From the NCBI GenBank assembly GCA_000708835.1, contig DF237118.1:94668-158667 (forward strand): a stretch of 64,000 bases of DNA, read 5' to 3'. The notes under the pieces were generated by a model. It saw only the letters and a program-made list of their open reading frames with translations. It was not told where the DNA came from and ran no database searches. This document shows positions 38,696-49,876 of this stretch, one piece after another. A program made the position numbers and the translations under genes. The stretch comes from Klebsormidium nitens (Eukaryota; Plantae; Klebsormidiophyceae). How positions within the stretch are numbered: position 1 is the first letter of the stretch; the number at the start of each line of letters is the position of its first letter.

Positions 38696-41600
38696 CTACA
38701 TCTTTCCGTCCGCTGATCTGTAAGTATCCGTGGTGACGTTCGCAATCGGCCCCTTGAACCAACGGCGCGCGTCAATAAGCCAATAGCCCCCGGCCAGAAC
38801 AATTGTCCCCCCAACCGCCGCTGAAGCGTAGTTGAGGTTCAACTCGGTCACAGGGTATGCCGTCGGCAGAACAAAGATGACCTGTAAAAGAGAAACTTTG
38901 CTCTTGTTTGCTCTCAAGAACTTGAAGAAGCACAATGGCACGATCTCCTGAATCTAGCGACGCTTGAAAGTTCGAGGAGCTGACGGGGTTTAAGAATGAG
39001 GTCCTCCTGAAAGCTGTCAGAATTGCAGGATCGCAAGAAGCAATCCCTCGCACACTTACGTGACAGTAAGCGAGAAAGCGGCTTTCGAAACATCACCCAG
39101 GCTTAATGGGACGAGCGTTCCGCGTTCTCAACATCGTCGCTTTCCAGCTGCATGAAAAGAGCTCCCAGACAGATCGACACGGACAGCAACGCCGTCTTGA
39201 AAAACTTGCTGCAACAAATGATAGAGCATGTCCCTACCGTGATGAAACAGATCCAGAGGATCGCCACGATTCCAATGATGTCTGAGAACGGCCCGAGGTG
39301 GAACGGCCCCCGCACAAACGTCTTGCGCGCAAACAACAGCTTGAACAAGATGGGCAGCCCATAGCTTATGTACAGCCCGATGACGGCGATTGACGTCACG
39401 GCGAGGAACGCGACGGTATTGTGAAGCGACGGCAGACCCAGGAGAAAGGCCAGGAGGCAGATGAGCCAGACCGCGTTAACCGGCACCTGAAAACCAGGGT
39501 TAAGAATGGGGTTAGCGGGCTTCCAGTCAGGAATTGAAAGAGGATCTTGTAACTAGTAAAGGATGGCAACAGTCTTGCGACGGCAGCCCAAGAGAAACGC
39601 CAGGAGGCAGACGAACCAGACCGCGTCAACCGGCACCTGAAAACCACGGTTAAGAATAGGGTTAGCGGGCTTTCAGGCAGGGGTGTAAAAGAGTGTCTAG
39701 GAAACGGGTTAAGGATGGCGACGGTGTTGTGAAGCGACGGCAGGGCCAAAAGGAAAGCCGAGAGGCAAAGAAGTCAGACTTCGTTAACCGGCACCTGAAA
39801 AGCAGGTAAAAGAGTGGGTTACAAGGGCGTTCGAAGAAGGTCAAGAAACGGTTAAGAATGGCACGTCATAGCTAGAAAGGCGACCGTGTGGTGCAGTAAG
39901 GGTCGGCCGGGGAGGACGTTAATGGAGCAAACGAACGAGACCGCGTTCACAGGCAAGTAGTGAACGGGTTTGTAACGAGGTAAACAACAAGGTCATGGAA
40001 GGGTTTAGAAAAGGATTTCAAGAGGCCGGGCGAAAGCGGACACAGCAAGGCAACGCTTTCGTGGAGGGAAGCAAGGCCGAAGAGAGGGCGGGAAGCAGGA
40101 GAGTCAAACCCCGTTGTCAAGTATAAATGGAATGGAGTCATCTGATGGGGTTGAAAGTCGCAGACAGACTCAAGGACGGGGTAAAAGAGAGGTTCACAAG
40201 GGGTTCAGAACGAGGTTTCTTGAGGGGCTGATGTAAAGTTCAGTACAGGCGTTCAGGTCGGAATGGGCTCAAGCGAATGGAGTCGGGAGCTGACAAGGTG
40301 TTTGAAAAGGATCTATCAAGGGGTTTTGTGAGGTCTTTGTGCGACGCACCGGCGGCAACACGCATTAAGGTCGATGCTGCTCGAGGAATTGTTTGCCATA
40401 GGCGACGCCACTTTTGGGTTTGAGCAGATCGCGACGAGAGATGCAGATCCACAGAACGGATGGTTTCATGTAAGAGTAGGAACTCATCTCCTGTCTAGAC
40501 ATCACTAGAACTCCGCATGAGCTGGTTTCCAAACTGTTGCAACGTGGGTTTCTTCGCAAACTTTCTCCAAACCAAGCGATTTGCAGGCGAGAAACGAACT
40601 TCTCGTCGAGGGTATGGTACTCCTCTGCGAGAGCGCCCCGGCTAAACTAGACGCAAGAGAAGTCTGGCGAGGCCGTCGGCATTTTCACCCACCTTGAAGA
40701 TTGGGTTCACGTGGTGCCACACAGGGGACAACGGCAGAGCGCCGTCGCGGCTGAAGGCCCACACCTGCGAGAAGAGGTCCGAAATTTTGAAGACGCTTCA
40801 GGCTTCGAAACTTATCAATTTGAGAATTAGACGCTGTGTGCTGAGACTTCGAGATTCATCAGTACGCTATGATTGAGGCTCCTAGATTCATCAATTCAGG
40901 ATTTGCACGCTGTGAGTCGAGGCTTCGAGAATCATCATTTGGAGATTCGCACGCTGTGTCAGCAACAACGAAGCGCGGGGTCTGTGAATATTGATGGCCC
41001 ACATTGGTCTCAAATAGGCGCTCGCAGTAAAAGGATTGAGGACGCGTATAAACGACACGCGAGCCGATTCTGAGGGCCGCATTAAGGCCGCAGAAAGCAG
41101 ATGACGCCTGCAATGTCGGGTCATCGCTAAACCCCGTCAAGCTGTCGCGGCATGAGGGCTAACTTCGTAGTTTCCCGACACCCTCAATGCTTTCAAATCT
41201 CAAGGCTGTGTAGAGTCGTACGAGCATATGCGCAAAATGCGCGAACTGCTGGTAGCGGATTCGAGGCCGCAGAAGACCATGGCAACATTCCAGGCTCGGT
41301 GGCATTGTACAAAAACCTCATACATCCCCAACCCCTAACATAGGGGTTTAGAGTCAGGGTTTAGACCGCGCGCGCACCATGCGCGAGTTGCTCGTGACGG
41401 ATCCCAGGCCGCAAAAGAAGACGGCACCTACACTTGTAGACTCGTTCGCATCGTCAAGTCGGCAACAGCTCCCAATTTCGATGCCCCACGGAAGCCCCAG
41501 ACCCGACGCCCTAGAATAGTTTCAGGATTTTAGTTCGAGTGCTCACCATGCGCGAGCTGCTGGTGACGGATCCGAGGCCGCAAAAGACACTGGCCCCACT

Positions 41601-44600
41601 TTCAGATTGTTGGAAAGCTAAAAGGAAAATCGAAATAAAGACCATGGTTGATGCCCCATGAATCCAGAAACCTAGAATAGTAGAAAAAGGGCGCGCGCGT
41701 ACCATGCGCGAGCTGCTGGTGACGGATCCGAGGCCGCAGAAGAAGACGGCGCCGATGATGATCCCCAGTGACACGATCCCGCCCGTGCCGCTGCCGTAGC
41801 GTGCGTGGAAGGCGTCTGCAGCACACAAAGAGCTTCAGGTCAGGGTCCTCTGGTTTACAGTGGGCGTCGGCGGATTCCGCATGACGTCACAGTAGCGACC
41901 ATTCGTGCGCACACTGGGCCTTTCGGTCGCCGAGCATCCGTCAGCATTAAAGTCGAAGCAGCGACCATCGACTCCGATCGAGTCGAGAGTCATGTACAGT
42001 TGGTCGCTGCAGCGTGCACGCCACCGCGACGCCCTCTTTAAGGTAGGGTGGGTGGGGTTCGGGCTCCAAATAGGATTTCGGCGAGTTTTTCCGGGCCTGC
42101 TTCGTACTGATAGGCAGCTTCGTTGACCCCAATGACGGTTTCACATGGTAAATGGAGCAAGATGAATAGGAAAAGTGTGGGAATTGACGCTATCTGACGT
42201 GTCGCAGCTTGCTCACCCACCGAAAAGGCCTGCTTTTGTGCGACAAACTAACAGCTCGACACGCTTTACTCGTTCGCTACCCCTTTTAAAATTTTCCAAC
42301 CAAGGCATCTTTATGATAGGCAGAAAGCCCGTGAGCACCCAAAACGAAGAGGGGAAATAGCAGAAAGAGGACGAAGGTAAAACGAAGGGAACCGAGGATG
42401 TATGCTTACCAAAGAAGACTTGCGCGCCCGCATAGCCCCCGGTCTCGTTGCTGGCGTCTACTAGGTAGGCGGGGTCCTGGATGCTGAAGAGAAGCGCCAG
42501 AATGTAGGCCAACCCCACCACGAAGGAGACCCCGATCGCGAGGAGAATGCCGAGCGGACCGCTGACGTCCGCATTCTGCACGGAACAGGGGGCGAGAGGT
42601 AAACTAAGGAGTCTTTCTTACTTTTAACGAGAGTGAGGATCCGCTTTATTGCTGGTGGCAAAACTAATGGACGCAAGGGAAAAAGGCCCGAACGCACAAC
42701 GAAAGAGACCCCGATCGCGAGGAGGATCCCAAGCGGACCGCTGACGTCTGCATTCAGCCCGAAGCATGGGGCGAGAGGCAAAACTCAGCAATTTCTCTTA
42801 GGTTCCAATGAGACTGAAGGATCCGCCCTCTTGGACTTGTAAGATGTCCCATCATTGTTGGTCGCAAGAATGATGACCCACATGGAATTAAGGCCCAAAC
42901 GCACAACGGAGAGGACCCGATAGAGAGGAGAATGCCAACGGATCGCTAGCGTCCGCATCCTACGCAGCACAGGGGAACAAGAAGAACATCACAAAGAGGA
43001 CTCGTCAATCAGGAGGGCGGTGCTTTGCTGATCGCAAGCTTCATCAGAGAGACAAGGGGGGCGGATCTCAAAAAATGGGAACCTCATTGGGAGCTGAGTC
43101 CTCAAGGTCCGCCGTGTCCTCTTTCTCGCATCAGAAGACATAGGGTGAGAGATTAGGCAACACGTCTGAGAACAGGAAATTGTAAGTGATGTTCTGCAAA
43201 AGAGCCCAGCGGACCGCCCCGATTTCAATGTGCGAGAACAAAAAGCTGGGAATGAGATGCAATGGCACTGCAGGTTTGACTGGAAAAAGGAAGGTGAGGA
43301 GCGGCGAAGCAAAGGAAAGTCGCAAACGATCATCGAAGAAACATCGATGAGCCCATCAAACAGTAGTCGGGTCGGGTGATGCTCGTAAGGGGGTTAGGAC
43401 GAGTACGGTTGCGGAGCGCAGATCGAGCGCAGATCCACTTGGTTTGGGATTTCCTAAATCCAGGAGCTTATGGCCAGATGGGGCTCACTTTGAGTAGATC
43501 CAGAAGCACGGGAAATGAAGAAGCGGTGCCGCCTCACCTTGGTTTCCTCGCTCATATGAGCGGAGGCGTCGAACCCAGTGAGAGTGTATTGGCTCATAAG
43601 GAGCCCCACTATGAAAACGTAGAACGAGGTTCCCAAGCCGGCGTCATACAGGTACTCATAATGGCCGAACACGTAGCCGGGGAAATCGAGAAACGGAGAG
43701 CTTCGTCAGCAAGAAAAAAGATTTAGGTAAACCAGGAAACGGAGAATTGATCAAGTTGGCGCCGCATGTTCGGAAAATGGAGACGTCATCAGATTTGCTA
43801 CAAAGCGGGACGGGGAAACAGGAGAAAAATGGTTATCAGCTGCAGTAGTGAGCACTGAGAAGACTGAATACTGTCGTCCGAAGGACCAAGACATCCGCCA
43901 ATTGTGAGAGAAGGTGTTACGTGAGCGATCAACGAAAGCCCGCTTCACCACCAGCAAACCGGTGTGCTCGCTGAGATCTTATCGAAAAAGTCGTAAGCCG
44001 TTTGATTAGACCATTGGCGACCAGCGGGGTGGCACCGACACCGACACGTGGCTCTTTGGCAGCCACACAAACCTCAGCAGCCAGCTGTAACAGGGGGCTT
44101 CACGTCCTCAGTCGACGGCCAAAGACAAGGCGGCGCACGGGGAACACAAGGAAGAAAAATGCGACCAAATTCTGTGCTCTTTTCCCCTCTTCGAGCCATT
44201 CGACTTCATTGGTCATGCAGGTCGTAAAAAAACAACTCTGGTTTGGTAATCTCTGCGCTTGATCGCATTGGTCGGAAGCTTATGGCTGGTTCGCGCCCCC
44301 TAACGCAATAAGTTTAGATGTGTCCAGAAACCTCAAATCAAGCAAAGCCGCTAATTTAGGGACTAAGGCTTGGAATTCCAGAGTCAGTAAAGGCGCAAGG
44401 GTTCTTACTCGCAGGCTGGTGCGTCGGGGCAACTGCTGGAAGTAGAATCACGATCACGATGGTACCCACGATGTGCCACGCCACTGAGACTGTGTTCAGG
44501 AAGCTGAGCCAATTCACACCGAAGGTGTTGAGCAGTCCGTGGCAGACCAGGATCGCGGCGTAAATGCCCAACACCGTGGCCTTGTTGCAGACGTACCCGA

Positions 44601-47600
44601 CGCCGTCCTCGCCGCGCGTGGAGAGCGCGATCACGACCGAGATGATTTGGGCGAGCGAGAAGTCGATGCCTGCAAAAGTGGGTGGAATCTGCTTAGAGAA
44701 GCATGGGTTAACGAAAACTCAAGGTCAGGAGTGGAGAGCGCGATCACGACGGAGATGATCTGGGCGAGAAGTCGATGCCTGCAAATTGTGGGTAGGCTCT
44801 GCTTAGAGAAGAGTTATGGGTTAAACGAGGGTTAAGTTAACAAGGTCAGGGGTGGAGATCTCGATCTCGACCGAGATGATCTGGGCGAGCGAGAAGTCGA
44901 TGCCCGCGAGTGTGGGTGGATTTCACTCGGGAAAGGGAGATGAGTTCACGAGAGGTCAAGTCAGAAATGCCCGTTGAAGGTCAATTCGACCACTTCAGGC
45001 GGTCCTTGAAGTGGTGGCTCTGCCTTCAAACCCCTTAACCCGCTCAAATGTTGCACACTCCTAAGCGACACTGAGGGCACATAGTCTGGAAATCTGACCG
45101 CGGAATGGGACCTTTCCTGCGATGTCGATCCACCACCTTCTTCGAATGGACAGGCTTCAAAAACCCAGACCATAACCGACATAACCCATAGAGTCTAAAC
45201 CATTAGCACCCTCAAGCCCTTACTTGCTGTCTTTGCCACGTGCCCCATCAGCTTTGTCTGCAGGACATAGATTGGAAACAAAAACCTGAACCAACTGAAA
45301 ACCACAAGAATTCTAAGAACACGAAGCCCTGACGCCCTCACCTGCGGTCACTGCCACCTGTCCCAGCAAATTGAACCACCCCGTGATCCACGCTGCAAAC
45401 GGCCCAAATCTTGGGCCGCTCAGCTTTGCGCTCCAGAAGTACAGCCCGCCCGTTGTCTGCAGAGTAGCGCTCTTAAATTGAGTCACGGAAGCGAGTTTCA
45501 ATGGCTTGCAGAATCATAGCATTGCATCAGATCCTCAACCACAGAAGAAATCAGTTTGCCTTCAGCCCATCACGAAGAGGCCCACTGCTCGTTGCCGGCT
45601 GTATATTGGCTTGTCTCTTCCTGAAGGGAAGAGGGCATCCATACAAATCGGGGTTTTTGCCGCCGTACGGCGCCGCTCTGCGGGCCCGCCATCGGACCTG
45701 CTTCGCTTGGCCCGTTTCGACGATAAAAGTCGGCGTACGGCCTGGAAATTTGTCCGTAATACGTTGCGAGATTTGCCTCGACTGGGCCCGCGTGCGGCGC
45801 AGTTCGCAGCTTACGAATTGAACATTTTGGTCCGACCACTGCATGGTGCAAGTCCCGGTGTCGAGGTTCGTGCATGTTTGCGGACTTCGACGACGAAGTT
45901 TCGTGCTTGCTTGGTCGGTGGTGTTACGGCTAAACAATCCGCACCGTTCAAACGAGCTTTCGACGATCGAAAGCAAAATCAGATTGTCAACCGTTGATCG
46001 GATACATAATCAAGGAAGAGGCAAGCGTCCGCCGTCACACAGACGGCGACCCATGTTTCCATGCCAAAACGAAGTTTTTTGGATTACCTGTCTTTGCTGA
46101 CTGCTTCGCTGAGAGATATTGTGAAAAACTCAGATTTCACTTCCCAAGTCTTGCTTCCCAGTGTCACCTTGACCTCTACCCCAATCCATGCCCTTCTCGA
46201 ATCTGCTTTCACATGTTGGACAAAAAGTCATTGCACCCTGCTATACTTTAGTTAACCCAACGCCTTGCGTCATTTCTTTAGCGATAATTCTGAGTGGAAA
46301 TGAGGAAGCCGTAAAAGCTAGTTGCTTTCTGTTTGTTGACATCCACTAATGATGAGCAATGTGCTTCCGGAATGCCTCTGATGCAATTTTTTTTTCATAA
46401 GACACCTAGATAGAATACCTGTTAGTGTTTCAAGTCAGCTAGCTTCTCACTGATCAATCATGCTGCAGAAAGAGGGTCTCCGTTCACTGGATTCTCTATT
46501 CAAAGGATTGTAGATTTCAAATCCAGCCTGAATCATGATTAAAGCGCACGCCTACAAAGCCTTCACCGCACACTGATCAGAAGCCTCGCCAAAGAGAGCC
46601 TGGTCTAACATAGCCTAGATCAGCGCTTCTCCATAGGATAAGATATGATAAGAAACAACCTCTCTAAGCAGAAGTAACTTACCGGGAAGGAGGAGCAAAT
46701 CTCCGCCATGCTGAGCCCCACAACGAAGGAGAAGAAGCAGACGATGACCCAGCCCCAGACCATGACAACCGGGCCGCCATTGCCTAACCCAGTGCCAAAC
46801 TGGCTGGTTATGCCGGTTAAGATGGAGATGATGGAGAAGGAGACCGCAAAGTTGGTGAACAGGTTCTGTGGAGAAAGGGAAAGGTTTAGTGGATTTCTGT
46901 AGGGGTTTGGAAGAACGGGGTAAGGTGGAGGGTTAGGGAGATTTTGGGGGATGGGATAGCGGGCGTTGCGGCAGTTGGATTTTGAGGAAATGTGTGTAGA
47001 AAGGACAAAGTTGCCTTTGTGTAATTCTGTGATACCAGGGGACAGCGGCTCTGATGTGGCTGAGAAAAGAGTACATAATCATCTGGTTTCTTCTTGCCTG
47101 ACAAAAGGATTTCCTGGTGGAGCATACTTGAAGATCCCTGCGGAGACCCTACACGACAACACCTTAGCGAATGGGGTTTCAAGCCAGCAGATGACTAGAA
47201 GAGAATACCACCTTCAAGTGATTCTTCATGTGTGTTCGACAGGGCACATTTAAGGGTACATCAGCAGTCTGCAAACAATGCTGAAGAAACTTTAAAGCCT
47301 CCGTTTCTGAAAGCTAAAAGCCAACTGAACCCTAAGTAAGCTCATGGTTGCATCGTATAGAAGATAAGTCAGAGATGGCTTAAGGCATCACACAGATCGT
47401 CATTGAAAACGGTGGCACATAGGTACTGAATCTAAAATGGTCAACGCTACAAACTCCTTGAATGTGTATCTGAACCCCATACTCATGAGCAATAGGAAGG
47501 GAAGGACGCCGTGCTCACCAGTTCACGCTTCAACTCCTGCTTGTACCTTGAGGGAGGATCGAAAGTACTTGCTTAGTCAGTTGTCCTTGTTGTGGACTCA

Positions 47601-48182
47601 AGACCAGAGGGAACTTGTCCCGAGAGAACTCAAACCATGAGAAGGTTGCTCATCTCTCAAGGAATGTGAGCAAATGTAGCTTTCAAGCAGATTTGAACAA
47701 GGAGTATACACCCATACGTAACAGATTAGCTCAAATTTTTATAAAGAAAATATATGTACAAGAGGATTGAAGGATCTGCTGGAGAGTGACATGTTGCAAA
47801 GGATATGGCTAATATCATTTAGATTGCAGTTTGGACAACACAAAAACATATGACTTTTCAGCATTGGTTCCTAAATCTCCTAAGCTTGTTGCCAAAACTT
47901 CCCGAAAACTCAGGAAAATACAGACTTCGGGTTTCGAAAATCCCTGAAGAATGGCAGTCGCTTCCTGAGGCAACACAGAATGCTCCTCGCATTTGACTTC
48001 TATGCTAACAAAGGTACCATGTACTACAGCAATATGGGAGAAAGCAAATGCACTATGCGGGTGACATTCCTCTTTGCTTGAAACCTTGCATTGTCATCTG
48101 TAGATCAAAAGTGTATGTACTAAAAGGAAACAAGCGTAGATTCTTACCCCAGGTCGTGAAGCCGCTGTTGTCCGGTATCCAT
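38696..48182 (-). CDS. BAT1: Amino-acid/GABA permease, APC superfamily (BAT1/GABP-like)
   Basis: 11 exons: 48182-48148, 47546-47519, 46865-46683, 45456-45342, 44669-44409, 43677-43538, 42575-42410, 41815-41703, 40764-40693, 39486-39238, 38881-38696 (stop). Motifs MDTGQQRLHDLGYKQELKREL, NFAVSFSIISILTGI, MAEICSSFPTTGGLYFWSA, LMSQYTLTGFDASAHMSEET, SRMVWAFSRDGALP, RRWFKGP. The exon-6 acceptor reads CG instead of AG. Confidence 0.95.
39487..40125 (-). repeat. Acceptor-side echo array of BAT1 exon 10 (3-4 copies, 150-165 bp period)
   Basis: Plus-strand ACCGCGTTAACCGGCAC|CTGAAAA at the real junction 39486. It recurs with junctions at 39636, 39794, about 39956 and weakly about 40120; identity falls with distance. 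Confidence 0.9.
41040..41702 (-). repeat. Donor-side echo array of BAT1 exon 8 (3-4 copies, 140-180 bp period)
   Basis: Plus-strand CATGCGCGAGCTGCTGGTGACGGATCCGAGGCCGCA at real 41703. It recurs at 41547, 41378, about 41236 and weakly about 41055. Confidence 0.92.
42576..43230 (-). repeat. Acceptor-side echo array of BAT1 exon 7 (2 clear and 2 weak copies)
   Basis: Plus-strand AGCGGACCGCTGACGTCCGCATT|CTG at real 42575. Copies have junctions at 42754 (AG lost) and about 42959 (TAG kept), with weak remnants near 43100-43120 and 43205-43228. Confidence 0.85.
44670..44945 (-). repeat. Acceptor-side echo array of BAT1 exon 5 (2 copies, 109 and 125 bp period)
   Basis: Plus-strand GATGATTTGGGCGAGCGAGAAGTCGATGC|CTGCAAA at real 44669. 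The copy at 44778 has an intact CAG and a 4-nt deletion; the copy at 44903 has AG changed to GG. Confidence 0.93.
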
Positions 48183-48514
48183 GTTGGTTGCAGCTTTAGC
48201 AGAGAGGTAGAAGCTCAGCGCCTCCTCGAAGTAGGCTCTTCACAGACTCCAATCTGAAATGAAGACTGAGTTCTAAACACATTCTCCTTGCATGCCTTCA
48301 CGCTTCAACATTCAACTCTGAACATATGCTGCACATTTCACATGTGCAGGCCTGCAGGGCAACACACCGCCTATGGCACCCTAGGTTCTGTGATCAATGT
48401 TGACATCATCAGAAGTGGTCAGCTCAGAGTTGAGTGAGTACCTAGGCCCAGGGGCTAGATGTGAAGTTCACACTCAGCACTGCCACACAGTGAACGTGAG
48501 TTGTCTAGTACGGC

Positions 48515-48791
48515 CGAGGTATGATTCCGGCCGAAATGTTCAAAATATGCAATTATTTTCCAGAATCCGACCCTAAATCCGAATGAGTTCAAAGGTACCC
48601 AGGTACCCTAATTTCCTGGCTTTTCAAGATTTTTCGGTACGTACCTTAGTTCATATGGGCTTTGACATTACTTTCCGAACAGAATTTAGCAATTATTTTC
48701 CCTTTCCGCAAGAGCAGATTCCGACTGCTTATTTGGAATTTGTAAAATTTTCCGAATCCAAATAATTATAATTATTCGGAATCATACCTTG
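48515..48791. mobile_element. Short non-autonomous TIR element (MITE), 277 bp
   Basis: 15-bp TIR with one mismatch: CGAGGTATGATTCCG (48515) and CGGAATCATACCTTG (ends 48791). AT-rich interior. The flanks share only TAGTAC, so the TSD is imperfect. Confidence 0.7.
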
Positions 48792-49876
48792 ATAGTACCG
48801 ATTGACCTGTATACGGTACAGGTTACTACCTAGGTACTAGCCTTAGGGTAGTACCCACCAAATAAAGCCGAGAGTCTACCTACCTACCGAAATTTACGTG
48901 CTGACCTGTTGCAAGTGGCAGCGGCGAGCACTCCTGCCAGCATAGCTGGATGAATTGATTTCTGATCCGCCTAATTAATTACCTGGTTTCATTTATCTAG
49001 CTCGCGCAAATTGGCAAAAGTCGGAACTGCGCAGTGCGCACGCGTACCGTGGGTCCATTCCACAATCACCATCGAGCCCAAGAGTGCAACGCGCAAACCT
49101 CTCTCGATCGGACTGCGCGAGGTAATCAGTTTAATTTGGTATAACCCACATGAATCACATGTTCCACATGGCTGGCATGATTGGGCCGGATATGCGGAGA
49201 CCGGTTATACGCGTCACTTGGGTTAAGGTTTAACTTTCCGGTTGCATGGGGCCTTCTGAACCGCAAAGTTTTGGAGGTCTATACGCATAAGACTTGACAT
49301 TACTAGATTCTTATATGGCCGTATGTTCGTATGTGAATTGCTTGAGGGGCGAGCTCCCGGTGCACTTTTAAGGAGGCCAATACTAGCTTAACTTAAAGTA
49401 CATAGCAACTAAAGATGTTTGCTGAACGAGGTGCTCGAACATGCATGTACAATTGTCACCCTAAAGATGGGTAGGTTTGGTCCCGGTTGGTCCCGTGTTT
49501 AAAGGTACGGAGCATGCCGCTGCATGCGTGAGATTCTGATTTTAAGTGAGGGGCTTCCGTACTCGAGGCCTGCCCACAAAGCTCTAGTTCTTCCAAAAGA
49601 ACACCCATGCGTTGACGATTGGTCATTCAGGCCTAGCATGAATTACAGATCTCAAAATCGAATATGATACACCATTCGCTTTTGTAACGGGCGTCGTTCA
49701 AACCGTCAACAATCAAATGGTGGTCGGGCATTTTCAACGCTTAGGCCTCAATGATAACGAGCTGCCAAGCTGGTTTGTGGACCTAGTAAACTATCCTGAG
49801 AGCACAGCCCGATCCCGCAATATCCAAAGTTGCGCAAACGCAAGTAGATCTGGAGGACCGTCAAGGAGGACTCGCG

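Noticed and set aside
39490-41370. Telomere-like GGGTT(T)A motifs in BAT1 introns
   Set aside because: Scattered, non-tandem and mostly part of the duplicated echo units near branch-point-like (C/T)TAAC sequences; not an interstitial telomere tract.
39487-44945. Regularly spaced repeats resembling a CRISPR array
   Set aside because: The units are degenerate copies of host exon edges, there are no constant repeats with unique spacers, there are no cas genes, and the context is eukaryotic.
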